NCBI RefSeq assembly: GCF_018350175.1
Contig: NC_058368.1
Coordinates: forward strand, 147,376,001-147,440,000
Origin: Felis catus
Lineage: Eukaryota
Length of the DNA stretch: 64,000 bases
Direction: 5' to 3'
In this document: positions 37,894-49,455 of the stretch, in pieces
Position numbering within the stretch: the first letter of the stretch is position 1
How the letters are laid out: each line of letters opens with the position of its first letter
The notes under the pieces: model-generated
What the model was told of the DNA's origin: nothing
Database searches by the model: none
Seen by the model: only the letters and a program-made list of their open reading frames with translations
Position numbers and translations under genes: made by a program

Positions 37894-39011
37894 GTCTTTG
37901 CTGCTAATACTTTCTTTTCTTTAAGTAGAAAACTTTCATCTGATGAAATCACTTCTTTTTCTTTTATTTAACACTAGCTGAGTTCTCAGTATCTTTAAAA
38001 CTGAAAGAAAAAAAAATGTGCTTGGCATAGCTTCTATTCTTGGCTATGTTCCTGAAATGCTGTAATGATGGGTCAGGCCTTTACGTCCTTTTGACCTGAA
38101 ATAAAAATAGTTTCTTGACATTTGTGTTATGTTGTTAATGAATTGCAGGGGTTTTTTAGTGGAGAAATAAATTTGTCTAATTCATCTATTTTAAGATGGT
38201 CCAGCTCATCTGTATCAGGGCAAGAAGTATAACTTGGAATTAGGTTAAGCTCTGGAAAACTGAAAATTAACAAGTGATATAATATAGCCATAGAAACTTC
38301 TTCCTATTTTAGGACGGGAGAAAGCCAAGCTACACAACCATTAAGGTATCCTCCATATATACTGCATGAGTAGCCATAAATTTATACTTATGTGTCCACA
38401 GGAGATGAAGAAATGAGATTGCTCTGGAGACTCTAGTCTCACCCTAACTCATGTGCTCTTACAGGATCCTTTGGCTTGCAATGGAACCTGGGAAAGACAT
38501 AGGAGCATTTCTCTCCTATGGGAAAAGCTGTAGGTTGGTCCTAAAGGCCCAAGACCTCTTGCCTCTACTGCCAAAGTTTCTCTGTACCCAAGGCTCAGGA
38601 AGAGCTCCAGACTGAAGCCCCATCAAGATGCTGACATGAAACTGTTATGTCTTTAATATTTGGAAAAAGTAAACATTCTTCAGAGAGATGCTTCACCAAA
38701 TAAATATTTCTAATTTTTGAAAAGAAAGACAGCCCATCTATGTCTGAAAGCTGCTACTTACTTAGCAGAGGCTCTGTGTCACTGCAGAAGTGTGGAAACT
38801 GGAAAAGAAAGATGACCTAACACAGACCCAGAGTTAGAAAAGATCCAAAATACCTACTGAACATGTGCCTGTCAATTTTTAGTGTGAGGATTCATTCTTA
38901 TATATTTTGTAACTATTGGCATGCCATAGATCTTACTATAGGTTTTATTATCATAGGATAATCAATTGCAAGTATTTGAAAACATTGCCCAATATGACTA
39001 ATGTCTTACAC

Positions 39012-40000
39012 CTGTACTGTCCAATGGCGGCCACTAGGTACATGTAGCTATTGAGCACTTGAAATGTGTCTAGTGTGACTGAAGAACTACATTTTTACTT
39101 TTTTAATAATTTCAGGAATTTTAACTGAAATCAAAATCTAATACTTAATTTGGCTATTAGAATAAATTAAATACATTAACAACAACTTGGGTATGGGATT
39201 CACCTCTTTCAAATGTAAATTTTGTGAAATCTTAAATATAGAGTATCTCTGATGAAGATTCAGCATCTAGATTGAGATATGCTACTAAAGTAAAATATAT
39301 ACTAGGTTACCAATACCTAGAATAAAGCACATAATATAATATATATTATTAATAATCTTATACTGTTGTTTTTAAATGAGAATATTTTTGACATATTGGG
39401 TTAAATAAAACTAAATTATTGTCCCAGCTTTATTGGGGTACAATTGACAAAACTGTAAAATATGTAGTGTTATAATGTGGTGATTTGATACATACAAACA
39501 TTTGTAAAGATTCCTTCCCCATCCTCCATTGAGTTAACACAGTTCACATTTCATATATTTACCTTCTGTTCTGCTGTGGTGAGAACATCTCAGTTCTACT
39601 TTCAGCAAATTTCAATTCTACAATACAGTATTATCAACTACAATCACCATTAGAATATATTATTAAAATTAATTTAGACAACTTCTTTTTATGCTTTTAT
39701 TGGTTTTTTTAAACGATCTTTTATTTATTTTTGAGACAGAAAGAGACAGAGCATGAACAGGGGAGGGTCAGAGAGAGAGGGAGACACAGAATCTGAAACA
39801 GGCTCCAGGCTCTGAGCCATCAGCACAGAGCCCGATGCAGAGCTCCAACTCAGGGACTGTGAGATCATGACCTGAGCCAAAGTCGGAAGTTCAACCAACT
39901 GAGCCACCCAGGCACCCCACTTTTTAGTCTTTTAATACAGTTACTAGAAAATTTTAAATTGCACATGCAGTTCATGTTATGTTTCTATTGCGTAGAGCTG
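39012..40000. mobile_element. Charlie1/MER3/MER33-family hAT element interrupted by an L1 3' fragment (~39417-39655, minus) and a SINE
   Basis: ctgtactgtccaat...agctattgagcacttgaaatgtg start; gacatattgggttaaataaaa resumes as aatatattattaaaattaattt; tactagaaaattttaaattgcacatg...tttctattg end. Confidence 0.75.
39704..39918 (-). mobile_element. CAN-SINE (felid SINEC type)
   Basis: Reverse-complement full SINE ending gagccacccaggcacccc. Confidence 0.96.
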
Positions 40001-40654
40001 CCTCAAACAATAATAAATCAATTATTGTGTCAAATGCTAGGGCTCTTGATTTAAACATTTTATGTTGCTTCAAAATTACAATATCCTTTTCAACCAATGA
40101 GTCATATCACACTTAGTGCAAACTGGTAGTGATATTCTAAACTCTTGTAATTGCTTACAAAGCATTTTAAGAGGATTATGTGTGTTCACATAAGCATTTG
40201 AATAAGCAAATTGTTATTTTCTCATCTTTTCCTGTTGCTCATTTTATTGTCCCACACAGATAAATTCTACAGGCTCTATAGTGTAAATCAATTTTGTATT
40301 ATCTCCCATTTCACCACAGAGAAAATACTTAACCATTTAAATCCTTCTGCAATTATATTATTGGGTAACACACATGTCACTCATTCCCTTGTCACTCATT
40401 ACAAAGTATGGAAAGAGAAACCCTACTGATTGGAGACATCTGAAATGCATATTTTGGCACGGAAACATCCTCTGAGTTCACCTACTTACAGAAGGAAATA
40501 AGAATTACTCAAATATTCTTTTAAAAATATGTTATTCTTGGGGTAACTTTTAATGGGAAAAATAAATAGCAATAAGAAAAATTAAATACTAAAAAAGCCA
40601 GATACTCTCTGACTCTAAAAGTTATCAATTAGATTCAGTTTAAGAATTGAATTA

Positions 40655-40790
40655 GGGGCTCCTGGCTGTCTGAGTCAGTGCAGTATGTGACTCTTGATCT
40701 CAGGGTTATGGGTTGAGCCCCATGTTGGGTGTAGAGATTAGTTAAAAAAATAAAATCTTTTTTTTTCTTAAAGCAAACTCTTTAAAAAAG
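40655..40790 (+). mobile_element. Short old tRNA-like CAN-SINE lacking the (CT)n segment
   Basis: ggggctcctggctg...gactcttgatctcagggtt...gagccccatgttgggtgtagagatt; TSD aagaa(t/c)tgaatta. Confidence 0.85.
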
Positions 40791-41423
40791 AAAAGAACTG
40801 AATTAAAGTAGGGTTATGATGCTATAATTACAAGCTGCCAAATGCTGATTTTGAGTTATTGCATGGCAAAATATTCACAATCTGAGCATCTCTTACAGAT
40901 GGTCCACTTTAAAAAAAAAAAAAAGACATACCATTATTGATGGCTCTCTAATAAGGTGGGGCTTAGCATGGTAGAGAGATAATATGTTTATGTTTCATTT
41001 TTAATTTACATGGAAGAGGAACAGAGCCCCACAATACATAAAAATTTTTTAAAATGCGTAATACATAACAAGTATCTATGCATCATAATTTATACATATT
41101 TACTTATTAATTTATATATTTATATGCTAAATATACCATTAACAAACATTTTGTGAAACTTTTAGAAAAAATGTAATCAAATGCAAGTACAGAAAAAAAG
41201 GGGGGGGGGATAAATTTCAAGTTAATAAAGGCTGGTTCAAAACCTCTAAAAATAAGTACAGACTGAATAACCTAAAATGTATGGGAGAATCTCACTCAGC
41301 AGAACCCTATGTAACCACAGTAATGTTTTCGAAACTACTAAAGCAGATGAATCAAGAAAAGTGCCTACTGAAACAAGTTCAAAAGCACAATGTCTTATTT
41401 TATTGTTTTAAAAACTGATGCTT

Positions 41424-42780
41424 TGGAACAGAATAGAGAACCCAGAAATGGACCCACAAAAGTATGGCCAACTAATCTTTGAAGCAGGAAAGAATATCCA
41501 ATGCAATAAAGACAGTCTCTTCAGCAAGTGGTCCTGGGAAAACTGGACAGTGACATGCAGAAAAATGAACCTGGGCTTTCTTACACCATACCCAAAAATA
41601 AACTCAACATGGATGAAAAACCTAAATGTAAGACAGGAAACCATCAAAATCCTTGAGGAGAGAGCAGGTAAAAACCTCTGACCTTGACTGCAGCAACTTC
41701 TTACTCAACATGTCTCCAGAGGCAAGGGAAACGAAAGCAAAAATGAACTACTGGGACCTCATCAAAATAAAAAGATTCTGTACAGTGAAAGAAACAAACA
41801 GCAAAACCAAAAGGCAACTGACAGAATGGGAGAAGATGCCTGCAAATGACATATCATATAAAAGGTTAGTATCCAAAAGAACTTACCAAACTCAACACAC
41901 AAAATACAAATAATCCAGTGAAGAATTGGGCGAAAGACATGAATAGACACTTCTCTAAGGAAGACATCCAGATGGCCAACCGACACATGAAAAAATGGTC
42001 ATCAGTCATCACCAGGGAAATACAAATCTAAACCACAATGAAATATCACCTTACACCTGTCAGAATGGCTAACATTACCAACTCAGGCAACAACAGATGT
42101 TGGCAAGGAAGTGGAGAAAGAAGATCTCTTTTGCATTGTTGGTGGTAATGCAAGCTGGTGCAGCCACTCTGGAAAACAGTATGGAGGTTCCTCAAAAAAC
42201 TAAAAATAGAACTACTCTAAGACCCAGAAATTGCACTACTAGGCATTTATCCACGGGATACAGGTGTGCTGTTTTGAAGGGACACATGCACCCTCATGTT
42301 TATAGCAGCACTATCAACAATAGCCAAAGTATGGAAAGAGCCCAAATGTCCACTGATGGTTGAATGGATAAAGAAGATGCGGTGTATATATACAATGGGG
42401 TATTACTCGGCAATCAAAAAGAATGAAATTTTGCCATTTGCAACTACATAGATGGAACTGGAGGGTATTATGCTAAGTGAAATTAGTCAGTCAGAGAAAG
42501 ACAAAAATCATATGACTTCACTCATATGAGGACTTTAAGAGACAAAACAGATGAACATAAGGGAAGGGAAACAAAAATAATGTAAAAACAGGGAGGGGGA
42601 CAAAACAGAAGAGACTTATAAATATGGAGAACAAACTGAGGGTACTGGAGGGGTTGTGGTAGGGGGGATGGGCTAAATGGGTAAGGGGCATTAAGGAATC
42701 TACTCCTGAAATCATTGTTTCACTATATGCTAACTAATTTAGATGTAAATTTTAAAAAATAAAAAATAAAATGAAAAAAA
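41424..42780 (+). mobile_element. 5'-truncated carnivore/felid L1 (frameshifted ORF2 3' part, 3'UTR, A tail)
   Basis: ORF 41418..41681 [19 protein letters not shown] and ORF 41653..41913 MNYWDLIKIKRFCT are ORF2p; tttt/aaaaa target; TSD aaaaactgatgctt vs aaaaacccctgatgctt. Confidence 0.96.
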
Positions 42781-42852
42781 ACCCCTGATGCTTGCACAAA
42801 TTCTATTTACTAAGTAACGAACTTTATTACTTTTCTCTTTAAATCTTTACTT

Positions 42853-43288
42853 CAGGGTCACCAATTTTTTTTAATTTTTATTTATTTTTGAGAGAAAAAG
42901 AGACAGAGTACAAGCAGGGGAGGGGCAGACAGAGAGGGAGACAGAATCCAAAGCAGGGTCCAGGCTCTGAGCTGTCAGCACAGAGCCTAATGTGGGGCTT
43001 GAACACACGAACTGGGAGATCATGACCTGAGCCAAAGTTGGATGCTTAACTGACTGAGTCACCCAGGTGCCCCACCAAACTTTTCTATAAAAGGCCAGAT
43101 AATAAATAATTTAGGCTTGAAGGTCAACACTGTCTCTGCAGATAATACTCAACTATGTTGTCGTAATGCAAAAGCAGCTAGAGACAATACAGAAACAAAG
43201 GGTTTAGCTGTGTTCCAATAAGATTTTATTAATAAAAACAGGCTGTGGGTGCTGATTTAGCCGTAGGGCCATAGTTGACTCACCCCTG
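42853..43288. mobile_element. MER58A hAT-Charlie MITE with a SINE inserted near one end
   Basis: caggg...cccctg termini; aaaggccagataataaataatttaggctt...gctgtgttccaataa core. Confidence 0.85.
42864..43073 (-). mobile_element. CAN-SINE nested in MER58A
   Basis: Reverse-complement full SINE; accaa...tttt repeated at both flanks. Confidence 0.95.
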
Positions 43289-43399
43289 CTCTATGTCACT
43301 GAACTAATGATTTTGCCAATTTAGTTTTGCTTATCCTGATATTCTCATGAATATTCTCCTGAAGTCCAGAGCACAGTGAACATTTTTGGTTTTGCCTGC

Positions 43400-43860
43400 T
43401 TTACTTCCATTCTTTGTCATCTGTTAATAGCTTCCTGATATTCCTTGGAAAACTTGCCTTTTCACTAGTCTTCATGTTTTCAGTGTCTGTTAAGGTGACT
43501 CAGAGATGGTGAGATGAAGTAACCAGGACATCAGAGCCAATGACACTTATCACAGAACTTTTGTGAAACTCTGCAGAGACGAAGCTCATCCTCTTTCTAC
43601 TAGGTTTGAAACTAGTAAGATACATGTCTACCGCCACTGATAACCATCACGCTTCCCTATGGGGAAAGCCTCGGAGAATGAAGAGATGAAATGAGGGATG
43701 AACTAAGACTGCAACCTGAAGGCATTTTTTAAACTCCTGGATCCCTCTGTGTCTGCAGACAGAAATGTGTCAATTACATAATACAATACATTTTGTTCTT
43801 CCTTTGAGCTAGTTTTTGTTTTCTATCTTTTGCATGCAAAAAGTACTAACAAAAATACTT
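43400..43860 (+). mobile_element. Old MaLR LTR relic (MLT1J/K-like)
   Basis: ctcctggatcc...tgagctagttt...aaaagtactaacaaaaata 3' end typical of old MLT1. Confidence 0.5.
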
Positions 43861-46800
43861 TTCAGAAGTTACTGTATCTTAATGCTTCTAAGTCCTAACT
43901 CTGAGACAAGCTGCACAGGCGGGATTTGGCTTCTTCATTTACTATATCTAGGAGACCAGAGATTTTACCATAGTGGCCCTTTGTCCACATGTTCTGTCTA
44001 GGCAGCATTCAGTATATGAATGGAAGAAAAGAGTAAAACCATATATCTCTTCAGATCTCATCAAATACAAGGCTCTATTTTTATCTGTTTTCTTATTGGA
44101 AAGGTTATTCATCTCACACTGCTCTAAATAATTTACAGAACCTATACCATGAAGCAGAGGATAAAAACTGAATATTTACAAGAAGAGAGAAACGGTAGGC
44201 TTCATTTGGGAATAGCTAATTGACATTTCCAGTAATATTTGCCTTTAATTTTATCGTAATGCATTGTGCCCACATCATTAATTATAGTGGCTAAAACCAC
44301 GTGCCTGTGACTTTTCTATTGATCTTTTTTACCTAAATATACACAACCATATTTTGGCTTTTTCCCCCCTATAATCTCAGATAAAATATAACAGCTTTTA
44401 AAAGAGAGGATTGGATTAATATTGGAGAAAAATTGTAGTCACATTAAGGTCTAAAATCTAATAGGAGTGATTATTTAATTTGATTTCATATATTATACTA
44501 GTCTACCTTATAATCATCTTTATATTTACCTTCTCAGCCAATATTAAAGTGCAGTTTTCTTGGAGGTAGATATGTATCTCTTCAGTTTTAGCCATTGCAG
44601 GGACACCATAGTTTATTCCATGTAGAAAGAAGTCAATATCTACTTAATTGAATTACTCTTCTTTACATTCAGATAGCTGGCCAACATCTACATTACACAG
44701 ACTTGGAAGACAGGCAACCATTTTGAATGAAGGAGATAAAGACCTTCTTCATTTCCTGCTGAGTGGGGAAATGACTCATGGAAGGAAAGGTATTCAATAA
44801 AGAGAGATTATTAACCTGCTACTGAGAGTGACTTGGACTGTAATTCCTTAGGGGAAAACTCTGGAAAAGGTGGAAAACACACTTCATAGACATATATATA
44901 CCATTTGAAACATGGGAGCTAGGTAGATTCTGTACAGTGTGAAACTTTTACACTTATAAAAATTGCTTGAAGGCTTACCCGTAGGGTGTTAATTCCCTGT
45001 CACTTCCACTTTACCTGTTCTAGAAGAAGCCTTTAGGCATAGAAGTGATATGGCAACTGGACAACATCCTGAGTACCCCAAAATTCAGCACCTGAGAGAC
45101 ACAGACGGGGCACTGACACTGTCTGCTATACCCATCTTATCTGCTCCTTTCCATTTATCCTGTGCAATATTCTAAAAAAGACCTATTTTATCAAACTTCC
45201 TTATCCAAAAAAAGCTTTAATTATTTTCTCTCTTTGGTTTTACCAAATCTAAAATTTCTCATCTGATTTTCCTCTTCAGGTTTTTGTTATGGTTTCTTTG
45301 TGGCAAAACAAAACAAAACCAAAAACCAAACCAAAACAAAAGCTATCCACACAAAAAATAATTTTGAATTTGAGGTGCAAAGCTAGCCAGATTAAAGATG
45401 AATCAAATGAAACATGTGAATAATTTTCCAATGTCTTAAGGTTTTCTCTTTGGTACTGGTATCCAGGAAACACATCAACATATAGAAGGTGTTCAATGTC
45501 TACTGAGGGTATAAGTATCCTGTTTTCAAAATACTTAAAGCACTGCCTCAGCTCTTACAAAATTCATATTTTTAGCTAGTGTTTGTTTAGTAATGTTACA
45601 CTTGAAACATATTTCATTAAATATAATCTTTCATTACCTCTTAAATTATGGGAATTAAAACATTTTATTCAACCATTATATTAATACATAAAAATATGAT
45701 TCCTACTTATAATGTCATAGCCCTGTCCATAAGCCTAATGACTCCTGTATGTTATACCTGAAAATCTCATCTAAAATCAAACTCCTTTTTTCTCCTTTCT
45801 GTACTATGTATTACACCAGCCTTTTTTAAGAGTCAAATACATTAGATGTTAATTTCTACGGCCAAATTTAGTGGGTTTTGATATACGGTTACCATTATGA
45901 AGTTTGTATATAACCTCTTCTGTATATAGCAGTCTATATTAGGTTGATGGTGGTGAGTTTGAACCCATTCTTTTCTCCTCTCTTCTTCTCCCCCCTTAGA
46001 TATATGTTATTATATCTTATATCCTTTGTGAGTTTCTTGATGGATTTTTCTTAGAGGAATATTCATTTTTATTGCTTTTCTCAGGTCAAATTTAGAAACA
46101 TGTTCTATTCCCATCATTTATGAAGAATAACAGCTTGCTTTCCCAAACATGGGTCTTGAGACAACAGTGCACCAGATATTTCTACAGCCCTGTATTGGGG
46201 AAAAATTTATGGCCCAGAGAAATCTAATTAGTGACAGCCTTTCCACCTGTGTTTCCTGGCCCTGTCTGACCTGCAGCAGCTTGTTTCTTCTTCCTAGAGC
46301 TATGGGTTAGGGAGGATTGTAATGAATCGATCTAGTTAGTAGATCAACCACCTAACCCTCTTATCTTAAAAGGTAACTAACAGTAGTAATGCACTTAACC
46401 ATCTGCTGACTCAAAAAAGTGCATAATCCATTATTGGAGAAAAGAGGCAATGGTTCTGACATACATTTTTAAATACTTTTTGATAATACACATAATTCAT
46501 GATCATTTTGAAAATTAAAAAGCAAATTTTTATAAAGCAAAATTCTGCTTTTAAATGAAATAGGTTAACATGTTTCTAGCCATTTGTGTATAAATATACA
46601 TAAAATAGAATAATTATACCCATTATGCTATTGAATGATCTCCTTTTCTCTCTTACATACCATCAATACTCTTCCATGTCAATAAATACAGCTTATAGCA
46701 TTTTAATGACATGTTATTTTATAGCATGGATATACAATTCATTTAATTCTTACTTTTCAATTTTTATATTACATGCAATATTACAGGTTTTTACATGTAC

Positions 46801-46982
46801 CTCTCTTTTAGCAAATCCTTTTGATTAACCGAAAAAAATATATAATTTACTGTGTACCAGGTGCTGTTCCAAAAGCCTTAGCATTAACATATTTAATTAT
46901 GTTCTATAATTCTATACAATAACCATTATTCATCCTTCAATTTTACAAAGGAGGGAACTGAGGCACAAAGAGGCTAAGTACA

Positions 46983-47180
46983 AGGGTGCCTGTGTGGCTC
47001 AGTTGGTTAAACATCTGACCCTTGATTTCGGTTCAGGTCATGATCTCATGGTTCATGAGTTTGAGCCCTGCAGGGCTCTGTGCTGACAACAAGGAGCCTG
47101 CTTCAGATTCTCTGTCTCCCTCTCTTTCCCTCCCCGTATCCAAAAAACAAATAAACATTAAAAAAATCTCCTAAAAAAAA
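46983..47180 (+). mobile_element. CAN-SINE inserted in a MIR
   Basis: TSD aaagaggctaagtaca; flanks form an antisense MIR core (gaactgaggcacaaagaggctaagt...gtcacacag). Confidence 0.95.
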
Positions 47181-47992
47181 AGAGGCTAAGTACATTATTT
47201 AATGTCACACAGGTAGTAGCAAAGATCCTGCTGTCTAACCCAGGCAGCCTAGCTCTAGGCTGTGTTCTTAACCACTGTAGTAAGTTGTTTTATTGTATTT
47301 ATCTCTCAGTCTCTCAATATTATGTGATTAGTGGTTAGTGGCTATTTCTCTCTCAGTCTTATGTCTCACCTTTAGCTATTATATTAAATTCCTTAAACTT
47401 TTACGTCTACTGTCAAATTTTCCCACCAGAAAGTCTGAATCCATGTGCACTCTCTCCAGCAATCTATGAACAGAATAACATTATATATTCCCAAACTTAA
47501 TTTCTGCCTTACTGATAGGCAACAAAAGCTATATCATACAATTTTAATTTCTATTTAATTACTAATGAAGTTGAATATTCTTTGACATATCTATTCTATT
47601 AGTCACTTTACATAGATGCTCTATTGAAGTAAATAAGCACCTATAGTTTAGTTTTGCATCCACTTAAAAGACTTCAGACAACCATATGTATATTTAAACT
47701 TATCAAACTTGTATATACTTAAGTCATAAGCCAACCATTTATGTGACAATACACAAGAGATTAATAAGACTGAGTCTTAAGATAACAAAAATAATGTTAC
47801 TAAAATAATAGTATGCCATTATCTAGCTTTTTAAATAATAGTGAGCCACAGCTGTCTTTAAAGGATATATTCCATATATTCTTCAAACTTATAAACAAAA
47901 ATGCTCCAAGGGTAAATGTTCTACTTCTGATTTGAATATTCATCCTGTTATCTCTTGTTCTAGCCCATCATGGTTCAATAGAAATATAAGGA

Positions 47993-48216
47993 GGGGCGAC
48001 TGGGTACCTCAGTCAGTTAAGTGTTTGACTCTTGGTTTCAGCTCAGGTCATGATCTCACGGTTCATGAATTCAAGCACCGCATCAGGCTCTGTGCTGTTG
48101 GTGCACAGCCTGCTTGGGATCCTCTGTCTCCCTCACTCTCTGCCCCTCCCCAGCTTGCTCACTCTCTGTCTGTCTCTCTCTCTCTCTCAAAATAAATAAA
48201 TAAACATTTAAAATAT
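47993..48216 (+). mobile_element. CAN-SINE nested in MER33
   Basis: ggggcgactgggtacctcag head; TSD atataaggag. Confidence 0.95.
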
Positions 48217-48244
48217 ATATATAAGGAGAGAAACATGCATTTTA

Positions 48245-48471
48245 TTTTTTTTTAATTTTTTTTCAACGTTTATTTATTTATTTTTTGGGACAGAGAGAGA
48301 CAGAGCATGAACGGGGGAGGGGCAGAGAGAGAGGGAGACACAGAATCGGAAACAGGCTCCAGGCTCTGAGCCTTCAGCCCAGAGCCTGACGCGGGGCTCG
48401 AACTCACGGACCGCGAGATCGTGACCTGGCTGAAGTCGGACGCCCAACCAACTGCGCCACTCAGGCGCCCC
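48245..48471 (-). mobile_element. Very young felid SINE (SINEC_Fc type)
   Basis: CpG-rich; perfect 15-bp TSD gaaacatgcatttta at 48230-48244 and 48472-48486. Confidence 0.98.
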
Positions 48472-48537
48472 GAAACATGCATTTTAAAATTTTGTGATAG
48501 CCACAAATGTGTAGCCACATTAAAGAGAGGAAAGACA

Positions 48538-49455
48538 CCTGAATAGTTTTTTTTTTTCCAAAAAAAGATATACAGATGGCCAACACACACATGAAAAAAA
48601 TGCTCAACATCACTAACCATCAGAGAAGTGCAAATGAAAACCACAGTGAGATAGTACCTCACACCAGTCATAATGGCTATTATCAAAACAACAAGAAGTA
48701 ACAACATTGGTGAAGACATAGAAAAAAAGGAACCCTCTTACACTATTGGTGGGAATGTAAATTGTTACAGCCACTGTGGAGAACAGTATGGAGATCCTTA
48801 AAAATTAAAAATAGAAATACCATATGATCCAGTACTTCCACCATTGGGAATTTACCCAAAGAAACAAAAACATTAATTGGAGAAGATATATGCACCCCCA
48901 TGTTTATTGCAGCATTATTTATAGTAGCCAAGATATGGAAAGAATCCAAGTGCCTGTCAATAGATAAATAAAGAAATATGGTATATATATTTGCAATAGA
49001 ATATTACTTGGCAATGAAAAATAATGAGCTGTTGCTATTTGTGACAACCATGGTGGACCTAGAGAGTATTATTCTAAGAGAAATACGTCAATCATAGAAC
49101 AACAAATACCATATGATTTCACTTATATGTGGAATCTAAAAACCAAAGAAACAAAGCAGAAACTGACACGTAAATACAGAGAACTAATGGCTGCCAGTAG
49201 GTGTTGGGGAGATGGGCAATATGGGTGAAGGGGAGTGGGAGGTACAGGCTTCCATTCATGGAATGAATAAGTCACAGGGATGAAAGGTACAGCATAGGGA
49301 GTGTAGTCAATGGTACTGTAATAGCATAAGAAGCATAAGAAGACAGATAGTAGCCACACTTGTGGTGAGCATTCGTAATGATAGAGTTGTCAAATCACTA
49401 TGTTGCACACCTAAAACTAATGTCACATTGTGTATCAACCGTATTTCAATTAAAA
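48538..49455 (+). mobile_element. 5'-truncated older carnivore L1 (ORF2 end plus 3'UTR)
   Basis: aagatatacagatggccaac...atgctcaacatcactaa...ccatatgatccag...cacttatatgtggaatctaaa; TSD agaggaaagaca on both sides. Confidence 0.93.

Noticed and set aside
46304..46358. Hairpin gggttagg...gatcta/tagatc...cctaaccc as a pre-miRNA
   Set aside because: Stems are short and separated by a large asymmetric bulge
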